Part shown: in pieces, positions 19,042-29,560 of the stretch
Layout of the letters: every line of letters starts with the position of its first letter
Numbering within the stretch: position 1 is the first letter of the stretch
Assembly: GCA_965242965.1 (NCBI GenBank)
Contig: OZ251518.1
Coordinates: 192,001-256,000, forward strand
Origin: Candidatus Poribacteria bacterium
Lineage (GTDB): Bacteria; Poribacteria; WGA-4E; WGA-3G
Length of the DNA: 64,000 bases
Direction: 5' to 3'
Notes under the pieces: generated by a model
The model's input: the letters and a program-made list of their open reading frames with translations, nothing else
What the model was told of the DNA's origin: nothing
Databases searched by the model: none
Translations under genes and position numbers: made by a program

Positions 19042-19395
19042 ATGAAACACATAGTCGATCACGCCAATCACGTCGATTACACGCTGAAGATAATTGACAT
19101 AGATGAACGCGTGCCCAACATTGATTCCATTGAATTCCTGTGGATAGAACGTCCTTATTGGGAGGGGCAACGATACGGCCCCTTTGCACGGGTGCGCTAT
19201 GCTCTCGACGGTGTTGAGCAAGTCGACGGCTTCCCCATAGACGTGGACAAAGGCATCTTCCTTTCCGTTTACGATGATGAATTGGCCGAAAAACTCCGGA
19301 AAATCGCACCGAAAATCGTTGAACTCCTTCACGAGGATCTCAAGAAACCTCCTACCGGAGACGAGCGATTTGTCTCGCCTTTCGCGAAAAACTAG
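19042..19395 (+). CDS. hypothetical 117-aa acidic protein, candidate antitoxin/partner of the ART
   Basis: GAGG RBS; directly downstream of and co-oriented with the ART; no recognisable family. Confidence 0.65.
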   Translation: MKHIVDHANHVDYTLKIIDIDERVPNIDSIEFLWIERPYWEGQRYGPFARVRYALDGVEQVDGFPIDVDKGIFLSVYDDELAEKLRKIAPKIVELLHEDLKKPPTGDERFVSPFAKN

Positions 19396-19405
19396 GGGGA
19401 AAACT

Positions 19406-21223
19406 TTGAGCTCTTATGAAACTTACGATTACGACGTGCTAATAATCGGCGCAGGCGGTGCCGGACTTCGTGCCGCGATTGAAGCCGCCGCCGGCAATCT
19501 CTCTGTCGGACTGATTTGCAAATCGCTGCTCGGCAAAGCACATACCGTCATGGCGGAAGGTGGTGTCGCCGCCGCACTCGCTAATGTCGACGAGAGAGAT
19601 AGCTGGCGGGTGCACTTCGCCGATACGATGCGCGGCGGACAGTATCTCTCCAACGCGCGGATGGCTGAACTCCACGCACAAGAATCACCGGAACGGGTGC
19701 GCGAACTTGAAGCATGGGGCGCGCTTTTCGACCGGACGGCGGAAGGAAGCATCCTCCAACGGAACTTCGGCGGACATCAATACCCCCGCCTCGCGCACGT
19801 CGGTGACCGGACGGGATTGGAGATGATCCGGGCTCTGCAGGACCACGGTATCCATCAAGGCATCGAGGTCCACATGGAGCACACCATCGTCTCTCTCCTC
19901 AAAAACGGCGAACGCATCGCCGGTGCCTTCGGCTATGAACGCGAAAAAGGCAGATTCAAAATCTTCTCCGCGAAGTCAGTCGTTCTCGCAACCGGCGGCG
20001 TGGGGAAGGCTTTCAAAATTACTAGCAACAGCTGGGAGTACACCGGCGATGGCCACGCCCTCGCTTATCATGCAGGCGCGGAACTCATCGACATGGAGTT
20101 TGTTCAATTCCATCCTACCGGGATGGTCTGGCCCCCAAGCGTGCGTGGCATTTTGGTGACTGAAGGTGTGCGCGGCGAAGGCGGCATCCTCACAAATAGT
20201 GAAGGACGACGCTTTATGTTTGACGACATCCCCGAACTTTACAAAAACCAAACCGCTGATAACCCGGAGGAAGGCTGGCGATACACGCAAGGCGACAGAG
20301 ACGCGCGCAGACCTCCGGAATTGCTCACCCGCGATCACGTCGCACGATGCATCGTGCGAGAAGTCGCAGAAGGACGCGGTAGTCCACATGGCGGTGTCTT
20401 CCTGGATATCGCGTGGATAAAGGAGAAACTGCCGAACGCACCGGAACACATCCGCAGAAAGTTGCCGAGCATGTATCACCAATTCAAGGAACTCGCCGAT
20501 ATTGACATCACGGCGGAACCGATGGAAGTAGGTCCGACAACGCACTATATCATGGGTGGCATCCGAGTGGATGCCGATACGCAGATGACAGCGGTGCCGG
20601 GGCTCTTCGCCGCGGGCGAATGCGCAGCAGGATTACACGGAGCAAACCGACTCGGCGGGAATTCCCTCTCTGACCTGCTCGTTTTCGGCAAACGTGCCGG
20701 TGAATACGCCGCACAATTCGCAGCGGAAAACGGAAGCGTTCAGATTGACAAGGCGCAGGCAGACGCGATAACCGCCGAAGTGCTGAAACCTTTTGAGAAT
20801 AGCGCGGACGGGGATAACCCCTATCAAATTCAGGCACAACTCCAAGAGATGATGCAGGAACTCGTCGGCATCGCGCGAAGCGAGGCGAACCTGACGCGTG
20901 CGTTGGAAGAAATCCAGGGCCTCGCCGAAAAAGCGCGCAACGTTCATGCCATCGGCAATCGCGAGTATAACGCCGGCTGGCACACTGCGCTCGATCTGGA
21001 CAATCTCCTCACCGTCTCCGAGGCAATTGCGCTCGCTGCAATGGAGCGGAGAGCCAGCATCGGCGCGCATTCACGCGACGATTACCCGGAGAAGGAAGAG
21101 CCCGGGGCGGGCAAATACAATACCGTTATCCAGAAGGCACCCGAAGGCACGATGACAATCCGGCGGAATCCTATCCCCGAATTGCCGGAAGATTTACAAG
21201 CAATCATAGAGGAAATGGGATAA
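19406..21223 (+). CDS. sdhA: succinate dehydrogenase/fumarate reductase flavoprotein subunit
   Basis: TTG start at 19406 after GGGGA; GAGGAGLRAA, AHTVMAEGG (FAD-His), QFHPTG, HYIMGG and LHGANRLGGNSL motifs. Confidence 0.95.
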   Translation: MSSYETYDYDVLIIGAGGAGLRAAIEAAAGNLSVGLICKSLLGKAHTVMAEGGVAAALANVDERDSWRVHFADTMRGGQYLSNARMAELHAQESPERVRELEAWGALFDRTAEGSILQRNFGGHQYPRLAHVGDRTGLEMIRALQDHGIHQGIEVHMEHTIVSLLKNGERIAGAFGYEREKGRFKIFSAKSVVLATGGVGKAFKITSNSWEYTGDGHALAYHAGAELIDMEFVQFHPTGMVWPPSVRGILVTEGVRGEGGILTNSEGRRFMFDDIPELYKNQTADNPEEGWRYTQGDRDARRPPELLTRDHVARCIVREVAEGRGSPHGGVFLDIAWIKEKLPNAPEHIRRKLPSMYHQFKELADIDITAEPMEVGPTTHYIMGGIRVDADTQMTAVPGLFAAGECAAGLHGANRLGGNSLSDLLVFGKRAGEYAAQFAAENGSVQIDKAQADAITAEVLKPFENSADGDNPYQIQAQLQEMMQELVGIARSEANLTRALEEIQGLAEKARNVHAIGNREYNAGWHTALDLDNLLTVSEAIALAAMERRASIGAHSRDDYPEKEEPGAGKYNTVIQKAPEGTMTIRRNPIPELPEDLQAIIEEMG

Positions 21224-21224
21224 A

Positions 21225-21962
21225 ATGGCGAAAACAACGTTTAGAATCTGGCGCGGGGATGCCAACGATGCAAAATTTGTCGATTATGAAACCGACATCT
21301 CCGAAGGCATGGTAGTCCTCGATGCCATTCACCGCATCCAAGCGGAACAAGCGAATGACTTGGCGGTTCGGTGGAACTGCAAGGCGGGAAAATGTGGCTC
21401 CTGCTCCGCCGAAATCAACGGCAATCCGAAGTTGATGTGCATGATGCGCATGAGCGATTTGCCGTCAGAGCAGCCGGTAACGGTAGAACCGATGCGCGCC
21501 TTCCCACTTATCAAAGACTTGGTTACGGACGTATCCTGGAACTTCAAGGTGAAGGAACGTATGAAGCCGTTCACACCACGTCCCCCGGATGCCGATGATG
21601 GAACATGGCGCATGGAACAGGAAGACATCGATGGCATCCAAGAATTTCGGAAGTGCATCGAGTGCTTTTTGTGTCAAGATGTCTGCCATGTCCTCCGCGA
21701 GCATGAGCTCCACGAGGAATTCATCGGGCCGCGCTTTTTTGTGTATGCGGCATCGTTAGAGATGCATCCCATTGACACCGAAAACCGGCTCGCCGAATTG
21801 AAAGACACAGATGGCATCGGGTATTGCAACATCACGAAGTGTTGCACGAAGGTGTGCCCGGAGCACATCACGATTACGGACAACGCCATCATCCCGTTGA
21901 AAGAACGCGTCGTTGATGAATTCTACGATCCGGTGAAAAAGTTATTCCGCATTTTTAGTTAG
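21225..21962 (+). CDS. sdhB: succinate dehydrogenase/fumarate reductase iron-sulfur subunit
   Basis: CKAGKCGSC, CIECFLCQDVC and CNITKCCTKVCP clusters. Confidence 0.95.
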   Translation: MAKTTFRIWRGDANDAKFVDYETDISEGMVVLDAIHRIQAEQANDLAVRWNCKAGKCGSCSAEINGNPKLMCMMRMSDLPSEQPVTVEPMRAFPLIKDLVTDVSWNFKVKERMKPFTPRPPDADDGTWRMEQEDIDGIQEFRKCIECFLCQDVCHVLREHELHEEFIGPRFFVYAASLEMHPIDTENRLAELKDTDGIGYCNITKCCTKVCPEHITITDNAIIPLKERVVDEFYDPVKKLFRIFS

Positions 21963-22033
21963 TCGTGCGGGTGCCGCGGCGGTTCGGAATTTGTCCGACA
22001 AAAAACTTGACTATCCAATCCGGAGATGTTATC

Positions 22034-23173
22034 ATGATGAAAACCAGTAAGAACGATGTGTTACGAGTCGGCGTGATTGGCCCCGGGGGTGCAGGCCGTG
22101 GCAACACGCTCGGTTTCGCAATGCGTCCCGATGCAGAAATCGTCGCCGCAGCGGATACCCATGAAGCGAGTTTAGACGCGCTAGAAGACGCGCTCCAACA
22201 GCGTGTCGAAGGGTATCGGCCGAATAGTTTCAAACGCTACCTCGGTGAATACGAATTCGTGGAAATGCTCAACCACGAAGATTTGGACATCGTCGGCGTT
22301 TTCTCACCGCACTCGCTGCACGATATCCACACCAAATACGCGCTCCGCGCCGGATGCCATGTCATTGTAGAGAAACCGATGGCGAATATCGTCGGGGACG
22401 CTATCGCAATCACCAAGATTGCAATAGGTAGCGGCCTGCACCTCGTCGGTGGATACCAACGGCACTATGAGGATACCTACATCAGCGGTAGGCGCGCCAT
22501 CGCTGAAGGACGTATCGGCACCCTGCAGAAATTTGATGTCTACATGGCGCAACGGTGGGGAGCCGGCGGCTGGCGCGGCGACCCGAGGTTTTCCGGCGGC
22601 GGACAGCCTAATGACTCCGGCAGTCACCTTCAGGATATCTTCTTGTGGATGACAGGCGCGTTGCCGAGCCAAGTCTACGGAACGACCGATATGAAATTCG
22701 AGGACGATGATGGAAACCTCGTCCCGAAATTCGTTGAGATTAACTCCTATTCCGACGTAACGCTGGATAACGGCGCAGAAGGCACCATCACTATCCTCGG
22801 CAACACCCGCGTCGGGTTTGAGGAATCGGTTATCCTTGAGGGCGACGAAGGCACGATTGAAATCAAAAACGGCATCCGTTATACGCCTAAGGGAGGCGAA
22901 CCGCAGCCGCTTGCATATCCACGTCCCGAAGGATACCCGCACAATAAAGTAGATCAGCTCGTCGGCTTAGTGAAAGGCGATTACGAGGCGAATTATACTT
23001 CCGGCATTAATGGCGTGCGGACCAGTTGGTTAACGAACGCAATCCTAGCAGCGGGACGCGGCGCGGCGGAGAAAACCCGCGTCGATTGCGATATCCTCGT
23101 CGAAAAAGAGGGTTACAGTCGCCAGGCCGTTTTAGCGTTAATTGACGAATGCGCATCGAAACAGATGTACTGA
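22034..23173 (+). CDS. Gfo/Idh/MocA family oxidoreductase
   Basis: VGVIGPGGAG, HVIVEKPMA, GYQRHY and WRGDPRFSGGG..DSGSH motifs. Confidence 0.9.
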   Translation: MMKTSKNDVLRVGVIGPGGAGRGNTLGFAMRPDAEIVAAADTHEASLDALEDALQQRVEGYRPNSFKRYLGEYEFVEMLNHEDLDIVGVFSPHSLHDIHTKYALRAGCHVIVEKPMANIVGDAIAITKIAIGSGLHLVGGYQRHYEDTYISGRRAIAEGRIGTLQKFDVYMAQRWGAGGWRGDPRFSGGGQPNDSGSHLQDIFLWMTGALPSQVYGTTDMKFEDDDGNLVPKFVEINSYSDVTLDNGAEGTITILGNTRVGFEESVILEGDEGTIEIKNGIRYTPKGGEPQPLAYPRPEGYPHNKVDQLVGLVKGDYEANYTSGINGVRTSWLTNAILAAGRGAAEKTRVDCDILVEKEGYSRQAVLALIDECASKQMY

Positions 23174-23191
23174 TGTAAGGAGGACAGACGA

Positions 23192-25135
23192 ATGAAACTG
23201 ACAAAACACCTCGCTTCGCTTTTCTGCGTCGCGCTGCTCGCGGGATGCCTCGGCGGCAGTGGTGCGATTCGCAACGCCGAAAAATTGGTAGAAGCGAAGG
23301 ATTACCGCGGTGCAATTGAGGCGTATCAAAGCATCGTGGATACGAAACCTGGCACACCGGCAGCGCGTCAGGCGCAACTCGCTATCGGCAAGTTGTCAAT
23401 TGAGCGGATGAATCAGCCCGCTGTCGGTGTCAAGGCATACCAAGCCGTTATTTCAGACGCGCCGGAGAGCGATGAAGCCGCCGAGGCGCACTACCAACTC
23501 GGCATGCACCACTATCGCTCAAAGGATTTTGCGTCGGCGCAGACAGAGTTTGACAAAATTGTCAACCAATTCCCGCAGCTGGAATTGAGCCACAATGCGC
23601 AACTGATGTTGGCGAAAAGTTACGAAGAAGCGAAGAATTATGAACAGGCTGTGGAAATCTTCGATAACTTCGCTAACCGCAACCCGCGGAGTGAGCGCGC
23701 CGCGCAAGCAATCGCGAATAAGGCGCGTATCCAGCGTGAGCACCTGAAAAACAGTGAGGAAGCGAAGCGCACATATCAATCGCTCGTGAAGCGGTATGGC
23801 AAAGTTGAAGGCACCGAAAAAGAGATTGAGAAGGCGAAGCAAGAACTGACAGCACTTGGGGCAAGCATCCCGACACCCGATGACCCGCTGGCAACGCAGT
23901 ACGGCAGGGCCCTCGCGCAACAGGAGGCACGCCGTGAACGCGACCGGCCCCGCGGCGGTGCAGAAAAAAGCCGCGCCATGGGTAGCGCAAATGTCCAAAT
24001 CGCGGACTCCGGATTCGGTGTCAGTGCGTCAGAGGTGATGCGCGATTTCGGCGGCCAGACTGCCATCGCCGGCGATGAACAGGGCAGTTTCCACGACGCG
24101 GAACTCATGATTGCCAACTTCTTCTACGGCGACGAAAATTATCGCGATGCGGGCGCGCTCTACTTCGATGCAATCGCGCGCGCCGAGACGAACAACGAGA
24201 AAATCGATCCTTACAGCTACCTCAAGCTGTCTGTCTGCTACCGAAAAGTCGGGATGCATCAGCGCGCGAAAGCGGTGCTGAAAAAAGCCGCTAGCCGAGA
24301 TGGCGAGGTGGTGGAGGCAGTCGTCAGCACCGGACGAAATCAGTATACCAACGAAGAATACGAAAAGGCAATCGAGACTTACAACTCCGTTGTGGGGCTC
24401 AACCGCAATCGAGATTCGGAGGTATATTGGCTCATCTCGCTTGCTTACAAAAAGTTAGGCGAACCGGAGAAGGAGCGGGAGGTGCTGGAACGTTCTGTCG
24501 CCGCGAATACGATGAACGCCGATGCGTTGCAAAGCCTCGCCGAGGTGCTGCACTACCGGCTGAAGGACCGGAAGACCGCGGCGATTTACCAAGATCTGGT
24601 TGATGAAAAAGGTGATTCTTATCTCGCTTCAAAAACCCTCGGAGATCTCTGCTATCAGTATGAGAACTACGTGCAAGCCAGATCGAAGTATCGGGCGGCG
24701 GCACGCACCGCAAAGCGGCTCCTCGACAAATCGGAAAGCCGGGCAGAGAAGCAGAAACTCCACAATCAGATCGTATACGCCACCGTTCTCGCCGCCCGCG
24801 CAACGTTCCACCTGAAAGGCGTAGACGCGGCGCAGGCGATGCTCGATGAACTCGCAGCTGAATTCCCCGAACACGCTTTGATTCCGTATGGCCGAGGCGA
24901 AATCGCGCTGCTTAACGGTGATGCAGATACCGCGGTCGCCGCGTTCAAAGAATCGATCGAGAAGGCACCTCTCTCGGACATTCCGTTGATAGCCCTCGGC
25001 GACTACTACCTCTCGCAAGGCTATAACGACGACGCAATTGCGCTTTGGGAAGAGTTCTTGAAAACGAACCAATATAACCAGAACGTTCAGCGTCGCCTGA
25101 AAAAACTGCAGAAGAGTAGTGAAACCGAGGAGTAA
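23192..25135 (+). CDS. TPR-repeat lipoprotein
   Basis: Lipobox LLAGC; many TPR-like repeats (AHYQLG, AQLMLAKSY, YEKAIETY). Confidence 0.88.
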   Translation: MKLTKHLASLFCVALLAGCLGGSGAIRNAEKLVEAKDYRGAIEAYQSIVDTKPGTPAARQAQLAIGKLSIERMNQPAVGVKAYQAVISDAPESDEAAEAHYQLGMHHYRSKDFASAQTEFDKIVNQFPQLELSHNAQLMLAKSYEEAKNYEQAVEIFDNFANRNPRSERAAQAIANKARIQREHLKNSEEAKRTYQSLVKRYGKVEGTEKEIEKAKQELTALGASIPTPDDPLATQYGRALAQQEARRERDRPRGGAEKSRAMGSANVQIADSGFGVSASEVMRDFGGQTAIAGDEQGSFHDAELMIANFFYGDENYRDAGALYFDAIARAETNNEKIDPYSYLKLSVCYRKVGMHQRAKAVLKKAASRDGEVVEAVVSTGRNQYTNEEYEKAIETYNSVVGLNRNRDSEVYWLISLAYKKLGEPEKEREVLERSVAANTMNADALQSLAEVLHYRLKDRKTAAIYQDLVDEKGDSYLASKTLGDLCYQYENYVQARSKYRAAARTAKRLLDKSESRAEKQKLHNQIVYATVLAARATFHLKGVDAAQAMLDELAAEFPEHALIPYGRGEIALLNGDADTAVAAFKESIEKAPLSDIPLIALGDYYLSQGYNDDAIALWEEFLKTNQYNQNVQRRLKKLQKSSETEE

Positions 25136-25148
25136 CGAGCGGATTTCG

Positions 25149-25194
25149 GTTTGATTGTCGGGATGGATATAGCCTGCCATCCTAACAATCAAAC
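25149..25194 (+). terminator. long imperfect hairpin downstream of the TPR gene (possible terminator or processing stem)
   Basis: 18-bp stem GTTTGATTGTCGGGATGG/CCATCCTAACAATCAAAC with one mismatch and one G-T pair; T-run about 50 nt downstream. Confidence 0.4.
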
Positions 25195-25260
25195 GAAAAC
25201 CCACCGTTCGCTAGCGACACGAGGGAAAACCGAGCCGTCCTGCTTTTTTTTGAAAAAAAT

Positions 25261-25289
25261 TTGACATTTTCCCGTTAATTAGGTATAAT
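25261..25289 (+). promoter_or_regulatory. consensus sigma70 promoter of the rho-rpmE-prfA-prmC cluster
   Basis: Perfect TTGACA-17 bp-TATAAT. Confidence 0.85.
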
Positions 25290-25459
25290 TAGTTAATAGC
25301 GAGGTTTGCAGGCTTCTGCGAGCGTCGCGCTTGAGCACAATGTGAGATATTCCCGCAGGCATCCTCGCACCTACGCCGCTTGCACCCGCATTTTGCCCAT
25401 ATCCAGATTACATCATAATCGCCTGCCGTGCGTAGGCCGTTAGAGGAGTATTAGAAATT

Positions 25460-26791
25460 ATGGAGAGCTTGGACATTGGCAAGCTCCAAGAGATGGGGTT
25501 CTCGGAACTCGAAACCCTTGCACTTGAATCCGGTGTCGGAGAATCTATCGGACTCCGGAAAGAGGAATTGATAAACCAGATTATTGAGGCGAAAGCGGAC
25601 GGAGATACGCAATTTTACGGTGGTGGCGTTCTGGAAATTTTGGATGACCGGGAGCAAAACTACGGGTTTCTCCGCTCCTCGCGCTCGAACTATTTGCAGA
25701 GCAACGAGGACATTTACGTCTCGTCGTCTCAAATCCGGCGATTCGATTTGCGGACGGGGCATGTCGTTGAGGGCATCGTCCGTCCCCCCAAGCGGGCGGA
25801 AAACAAGGCGGAACGGTATTTCGCTATGTTGCAGATTGAAAAGGTGAATGGCGAATCACCAGACCTCGCCAAGCGGAAAACCCTTTTCGACAATCTCACG
25901 CCTATCTACCCCTATCAACAACTGAAATTGGAGCACAATCCATCGGAATTCGCGACGCGCATGGTAGATTTGCTTTCGCCGATCGGGAAGGGGCAGCGCG
26001 GGTTGATTGTCGCTCCGCCTTACAGTGGGAAAACCACGCTGCTGAAGAACATCGCCGCCGGCATCGAGGCGAACCACCCGGAAACCTCGCTCATTTTTCT
26101 GCTGATTGATGAACGTCCGGAGGAGGTCACAGATGTCGCGCGCTCTGTCAAAGGCGAAGTCATCAGTTCTACCTTTGATGAACATCCGGAACGGCACATC
26201 CAAGTTGCGGAGATGGCGATTGAAAAAGCCAAGCGTGCCGCTGAATATGGACAGGATGTCGTTATCCTGCTTGACAGCATCACGCGGCTGGCAAGGGCCC
26301 ACAATCTCATGGCACCGCACAGTGGCAAGACGCTGAGCGGCGGGTTAGACGCGATGGCGTTTGTAAAGCCGCGGCAATTCTGCGGTGCAGCCCGGAAGTT
26401 TGAAGAGGGCGGCAGTCTTACCATCATGGCATCTGTCCTCGTCGGAACGGAAAGCCGCGCCGATGAATACATCTATGAGGAATTCAAAGGCACGGCGAAC
26501 ATGGAAATCCACTTGGAGCGTTCGCTGTTGGACCGGCGCATTTTCCCATCGATTAACATTGAAAAATCGAAGACTCGGCGGGAAGAACTCCTGCTTGCAC
26601 CCGATGTGCTGAACAAAGTCTGGGTGCTGCGGAAGTTCACCAGTCAAATGGACACCGCCGAATCCATGGAACTGCTCGTTGAACAATTCGGTAGAACCCG
26701 CACCAACGAGGAGTTTCTGGAGAGGTTGGTAGACAGCACAAGGCGAAGTGCGCCCGCGCGGACGCGAACCCGAACGAAGCCTACTGCATAA
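25460..26791 (+). CDS. rho: transcription termination factor Rho
   Basis: [54 protein letters not shown] and EEFKGT motifs. Confidence 0.97.
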   Translation: MESLDIGKLQEMGFSELETLALESGVGESIGLRKEELINQIIEAKADGDTQFYGGGVLEILDDREQNYGFLRSSRSNYLQSNEDIYVSSSQIRRFDLRTGHVVEGIVRPPKRAENKAERYFAMLQIEKVNGESPDLAKRKTLFDNLTPIYPYQQLKLEHNPSEFATRMVDLLSPIGKGQRGLIVAPPYSGKTTLLKNIAAGIEANHPETSLIFLLIDERPEEVTDVARSVKGEVISSTFDEHPERHIQVAEMAIEKAKRAAEYGQDVVILLDSITRLARAHNLMAPHSGKTLSGGLDAMAFVKPRQFCGAARKFEEGGSLTIMASVLVGTESRADEYIYEEFKGTANMEIHLERSLLDRRIFPSINIEKSKTRREELLLAPDVLNKVWVLRKFTSQMDTAESMELLVEQFGRTRTNEEFLERLVDSTRRSAPARTRTRTKPTA

Positions 26792-26871
26792 CCGCGCCTT
26801 CTCGGCGCACGGATCTCGCGCTTTTCGCATATCTCTTTATTCTGGACAAGCGCGCGAAAGGAGAATCTAGC

Positions 26872-27084
26872 ATGAAAACTGAAATTCACCCTGAATTGGT
26901 GGAGAGCGTTATCACCTGCGTTTGTGGGGCAACGCATAACACGCTTGCCATTCAGCCACAGATGCGGGTGGATATTTGTGGTAAATGCCACCCGTTTTAC
27001 ACAGGACAACAAGCACGGTTTATTGATACAGCCGGGCGTGTTGAGAGTTTCCGGCGGCGTTACGGCCTCACCGCTGATAAGTAG
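26872..27084 (+). CDS. rpmE: 50S ribosomal protein L31 (Zn-binding type)
   Basis: MKTEIHP, CxC...CxxCHPFYTG, [14 protein letters not shown]. Confidence 0.96.
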   Translation: MKTEIHPELVESVITCVCGATHNTLAIQPQMRVDICGKCHPFYTGQQARFIDTAGRVESFRRRYGLTADK

Positions 27085-27098
27085 CACGCCTTGGCTCC

Positions 27099-27335
27099 CG
27101 TAGGGCGGGGGCCTGTCCCTCGCCATGCCAACTCGCTTATTATCGTAGGGCGGGGGCCTGTCCCTCGCCATGCCAACCCACCTCGGTTCCCGTAGGGCGA
27201 GGGCCTGTCCCTCGCCATGCCAACTTGCTTATTATCGTAGGGCGAGGGCCTGTCCCTCGCCAAACTTATCTGCATCGAGACCGGGAGGTCTCTCCTACGG
27301 AGAGGCCTCGTGAGGGCCTGTCCCTCGCCATGCCA
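27099..27335. repeat. Tandem of four GTAGGGCG(G/A)GGGCCTGTCCCTCGCC REP units (period 45-47 bp) plus further REP modules
   Basis: GTAG starts at 27100, 27145, 27192 and 27237. Confidence 0.9.
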
Positions 27336-27379
27336 ACCCCGAATGCCCAACGCAGCATTCCACGCGATAGAAATAAAAA

Positions 27380-28447
27380 ATGTTTGAAAAACTGAAGGAT
27401 ATTGAATCCAAATACGCTGAAGTGGAGAGAGCCCTGGGAGACGCGGCACAGATCTCGAACCAACAGCGGTTAATGGAACTCTCTAAAACGCATGCGGAGC
27501 TTTCCCCAATCGTCTCTGCTTATCAAGAATACCAGCAACTTGAATCGGCACTTGAGGAGACGCACTCCCTTGCCGAAACGGAAACCGACGAGGAGATGGT
27601 AGGATTGGTGCAAGAAGAATTGGAGAGCCTCACAGCGCAAAGAGAGGAACTGATGGAGAAACTGACACTCCTCCTCATTCCGAAGGACCCGAACGATGAG
27701 AAGAACGTCATCATCGAAATCCGGGCTGGCACTGGCGGGGAGGAGGCGAGTCTCTTTGCCGCGGAACTGTTCCGGATGTACGCCCGATTCGCCGAACGAC
27801 AGAGTTGGAAACTTGAACTGTTGAATTCCAACGCTACCGGATTAAAGGGGTTCAAAGAGGTAGTTTTCTCTATTGCCGGCGCGGGTGCGTATAGCCGACT
27901 CAAGTATGAGGGCGGCATACACCGCGTCCAGCGTATCCCCGCTACCGAGGCGAGTGGGCGCATACACACCTCTGCCGCAACCGTGGCGGTTCTCCCGGAG
28001 GCAGAGGAACTCGATCTGGCGATTGACGAGGCAGCCGAACTACGCATTGATACCTACCGTTCCTCCGGTCCCGGCGGGCAAAGCGTGAATACGACGGACT
28101 CAGCCATTCGGATTACGCATTTGCCGACAGGTTTGGTTGTGACGTGCCAAGACGAGAAGTCTCAGCACAAAAACCGCTCCAAGGCGATGAAAATCCTCCG
28201 GGCGCGTCTGCAAGAGCAGAAACAGGCGGAACTCAACAGCGAACGCGCCGAAACGCGCCGCTCCATGGTAGGAAGCGGCGACAGGAGCGAGAAAATTCGC
28301 ACCTATAATTTCCCACAATCCCGCGTCACCGACCATCGTATTCGATTCAGTTCCTATCAATTGGACTCGGTTTTAGACGGTGACCTCGGGGCTTTCATCG
28401 AGCGGCTGACTACCGTAGATCAGACTGAAAAACTGAAAGAGAGTTAG
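27380..28447 (+). CDS. prfA: peptide chain release factor 1
   Basis: [14 protein letters not shown] tripeptide, GPGGQ and RTYNFPQ motifs. Confidence 0.97.
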   Translation: MFEKLKDIESKYAEVERALGDAAQISNQQRLMELSKTHAELSPIVSAYQEYQQLESALEETHSLAETETDEEMVGLVQEELESLTAQREELMEKLTLLLIPKDPNDEKNVIIEIRAGTGGEEASLFAAELFRMYARFAERQSWKLELLNSNATGLKGFKEVVFSIAGAGAYSRLKYEGGIHRVQRIPATEASGRIHTSAATVAVLPEAEELDLAIDEAAELRIDTYRSSGPGGQSVNTTDSAIRITHLPTGLVVTCQDEKSQHKNRSKAMKILRARLQEQKQAELNSERAETRRSMVGSGDRSEKIRTYNFPQSRVTDHRIRFSSYQLDSVLDGDLGAFIERLTTVDQTEKLKES

Positions 28448-28455
28448 CACCGAAA

Positions 28456-29322
28456 ATGCCTACCCAAATCTGGACTGTGAAGCGGCTGCTTCTTTGGACG
28501 ACGGACTATTTCACGCATCACGACATTCCGAATCCACGGCTAGACGCAGAAGTTCTCCTCTCACATCTGCTTAAGAAAAGCCGGTTGCAACTCTATCTTG
28601 ATTTCGATATGCCGATTTTTCAGGAGCATCTCACGTCATTTCGCGCCCTCATCACGAAACGCATCGCCCGGACCCCGGTAAGTTATCTCACGAACCGGAA
28701 GGAGTTCTTGTCGCTAGATTTCTACGTTGATGAACGCGTCATGATTCCGCGTCCGGAGACCGAACACCTCGTTGAAACGGTTTTGACTCAGACACCGATA
28801 GACTTGCTCCCTAAGCGCGCGCTGGACCTGGGCACCGGCAGTGGCGTTATCGCCATCAGTCTCGCCGTGCAGCGGCCCGAATGGGATATCGTCGCGACGG
28901 ATATCTCCGAAGACGCTTTAGCTGTAGCGCAGAAAAACGCCGAGACGCATACCTGCATCGCTCATCTCAGTTTTCTCAAGGGCCCCTTGTTTGAGCCGGT
29001 TAACGCGCAACAATTTGATTGGATACTCTGCAATCCGCCTTATGTCAAATCAGGCGAACGGGAGACGCTCAGTGCCGATGTCCGCGACTACGAACCTGAA
29101 ATCGCGCTCTTCGCGGGCGATGATGGCCTAGCGGTTATCCGTCGCCTCATCGCCGAGGCCCCCGATTACCTTGCGCCGAACGGGAAACTCATCTTTGAAA
29201 TCGGCGACACACAGGCCGAAGAGGTCTGCTCGTTGCTTGATGAGGCGCGGCCTGCATATCGCACATATCATTTGCTAAAGGACTACGCACAGAAAGAGCG
29301 GATTGTCCTTGCGAGCATATAG
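28456..29322 (+). CDS. prmC: release factor glutamine methyltransferase
   Basis: IPRPETE, LDLGTGSG, NPPY and EPEIALFAG motifs; follows prfA. Confidence 0.95.
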   Translation: MPTQIWTVKRLLLWTTDYFTHHDIPNPRLDAEVLLSHLLKKSRLQLYLDFDMPIFQEHLTSFRALITKRIARTPVSYLTNRKEFLSLDFYVDERVMIPRPETEHLVETVLTQTPIDLLPKRALDLGTGSGVIAISLAVQRPEWDIVATDISEDALAVAQKNAETHTCIAHLSFLKGPLFEPVNAQQFDWILCNPPYVKSGERETLSADVRDYEPEIALFAGDDGLAVIRRLIAEAPDYLAPNGKLIFEIGDTQAEEVCSLLDEARPAYRTYHLLKDYAQKERIVLASI

Positions 29323-29359
29323 ATAGCACCTATTTTCTTTTTCAATCGTCTGAGCACAA

Positions 29360-29560
29360 CCAGGGCAGGAGCAGGTGCTCCTGCCCTACAGGCGGCGCGC
29401 ACGCTAGTCCTGTAGTTCGGGTGCGCCTGCACCCGAACGGGTCAAGATCAAGCACGCCTTACCTCATCGAGACCAGGAGGTCTCTCCTACGAGGAGGAGA
29501 AGGCATTGAGATCAGGAGGTCTCTCCTAGCGCGAAGGCATTGATATATGAAACACCCTCA
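29360..29560. repeat. REP-like block ending in TIR (29546-29560)
   Basis: GGGCAGGAGCAGGTGCTCCTGCCCTAC, GTAGTTCGGGTGCGCCTGCACCCGAAC and GAGACCAGGAGGTCTCTCCTAC modules. Confidence 0.85.

Noticed and set aside
26812-26871. Possible L31 ribosomal leader (TCGCGCTT...AAGCGCG stem near the RBS)
   Set aside because: The stem is short and GC-rich and could arise by chance; not supportable without covariation data.
27099-27262. CRISPR-like array: four ~34-bp palindromic repeats at 45-47-bp period
   Set aside because: Spacers are only 11-13 nt and spacer 1 is nearly identical to spacer 3; the repeat is the dispersed GTAG REP; no cas genes in the window.
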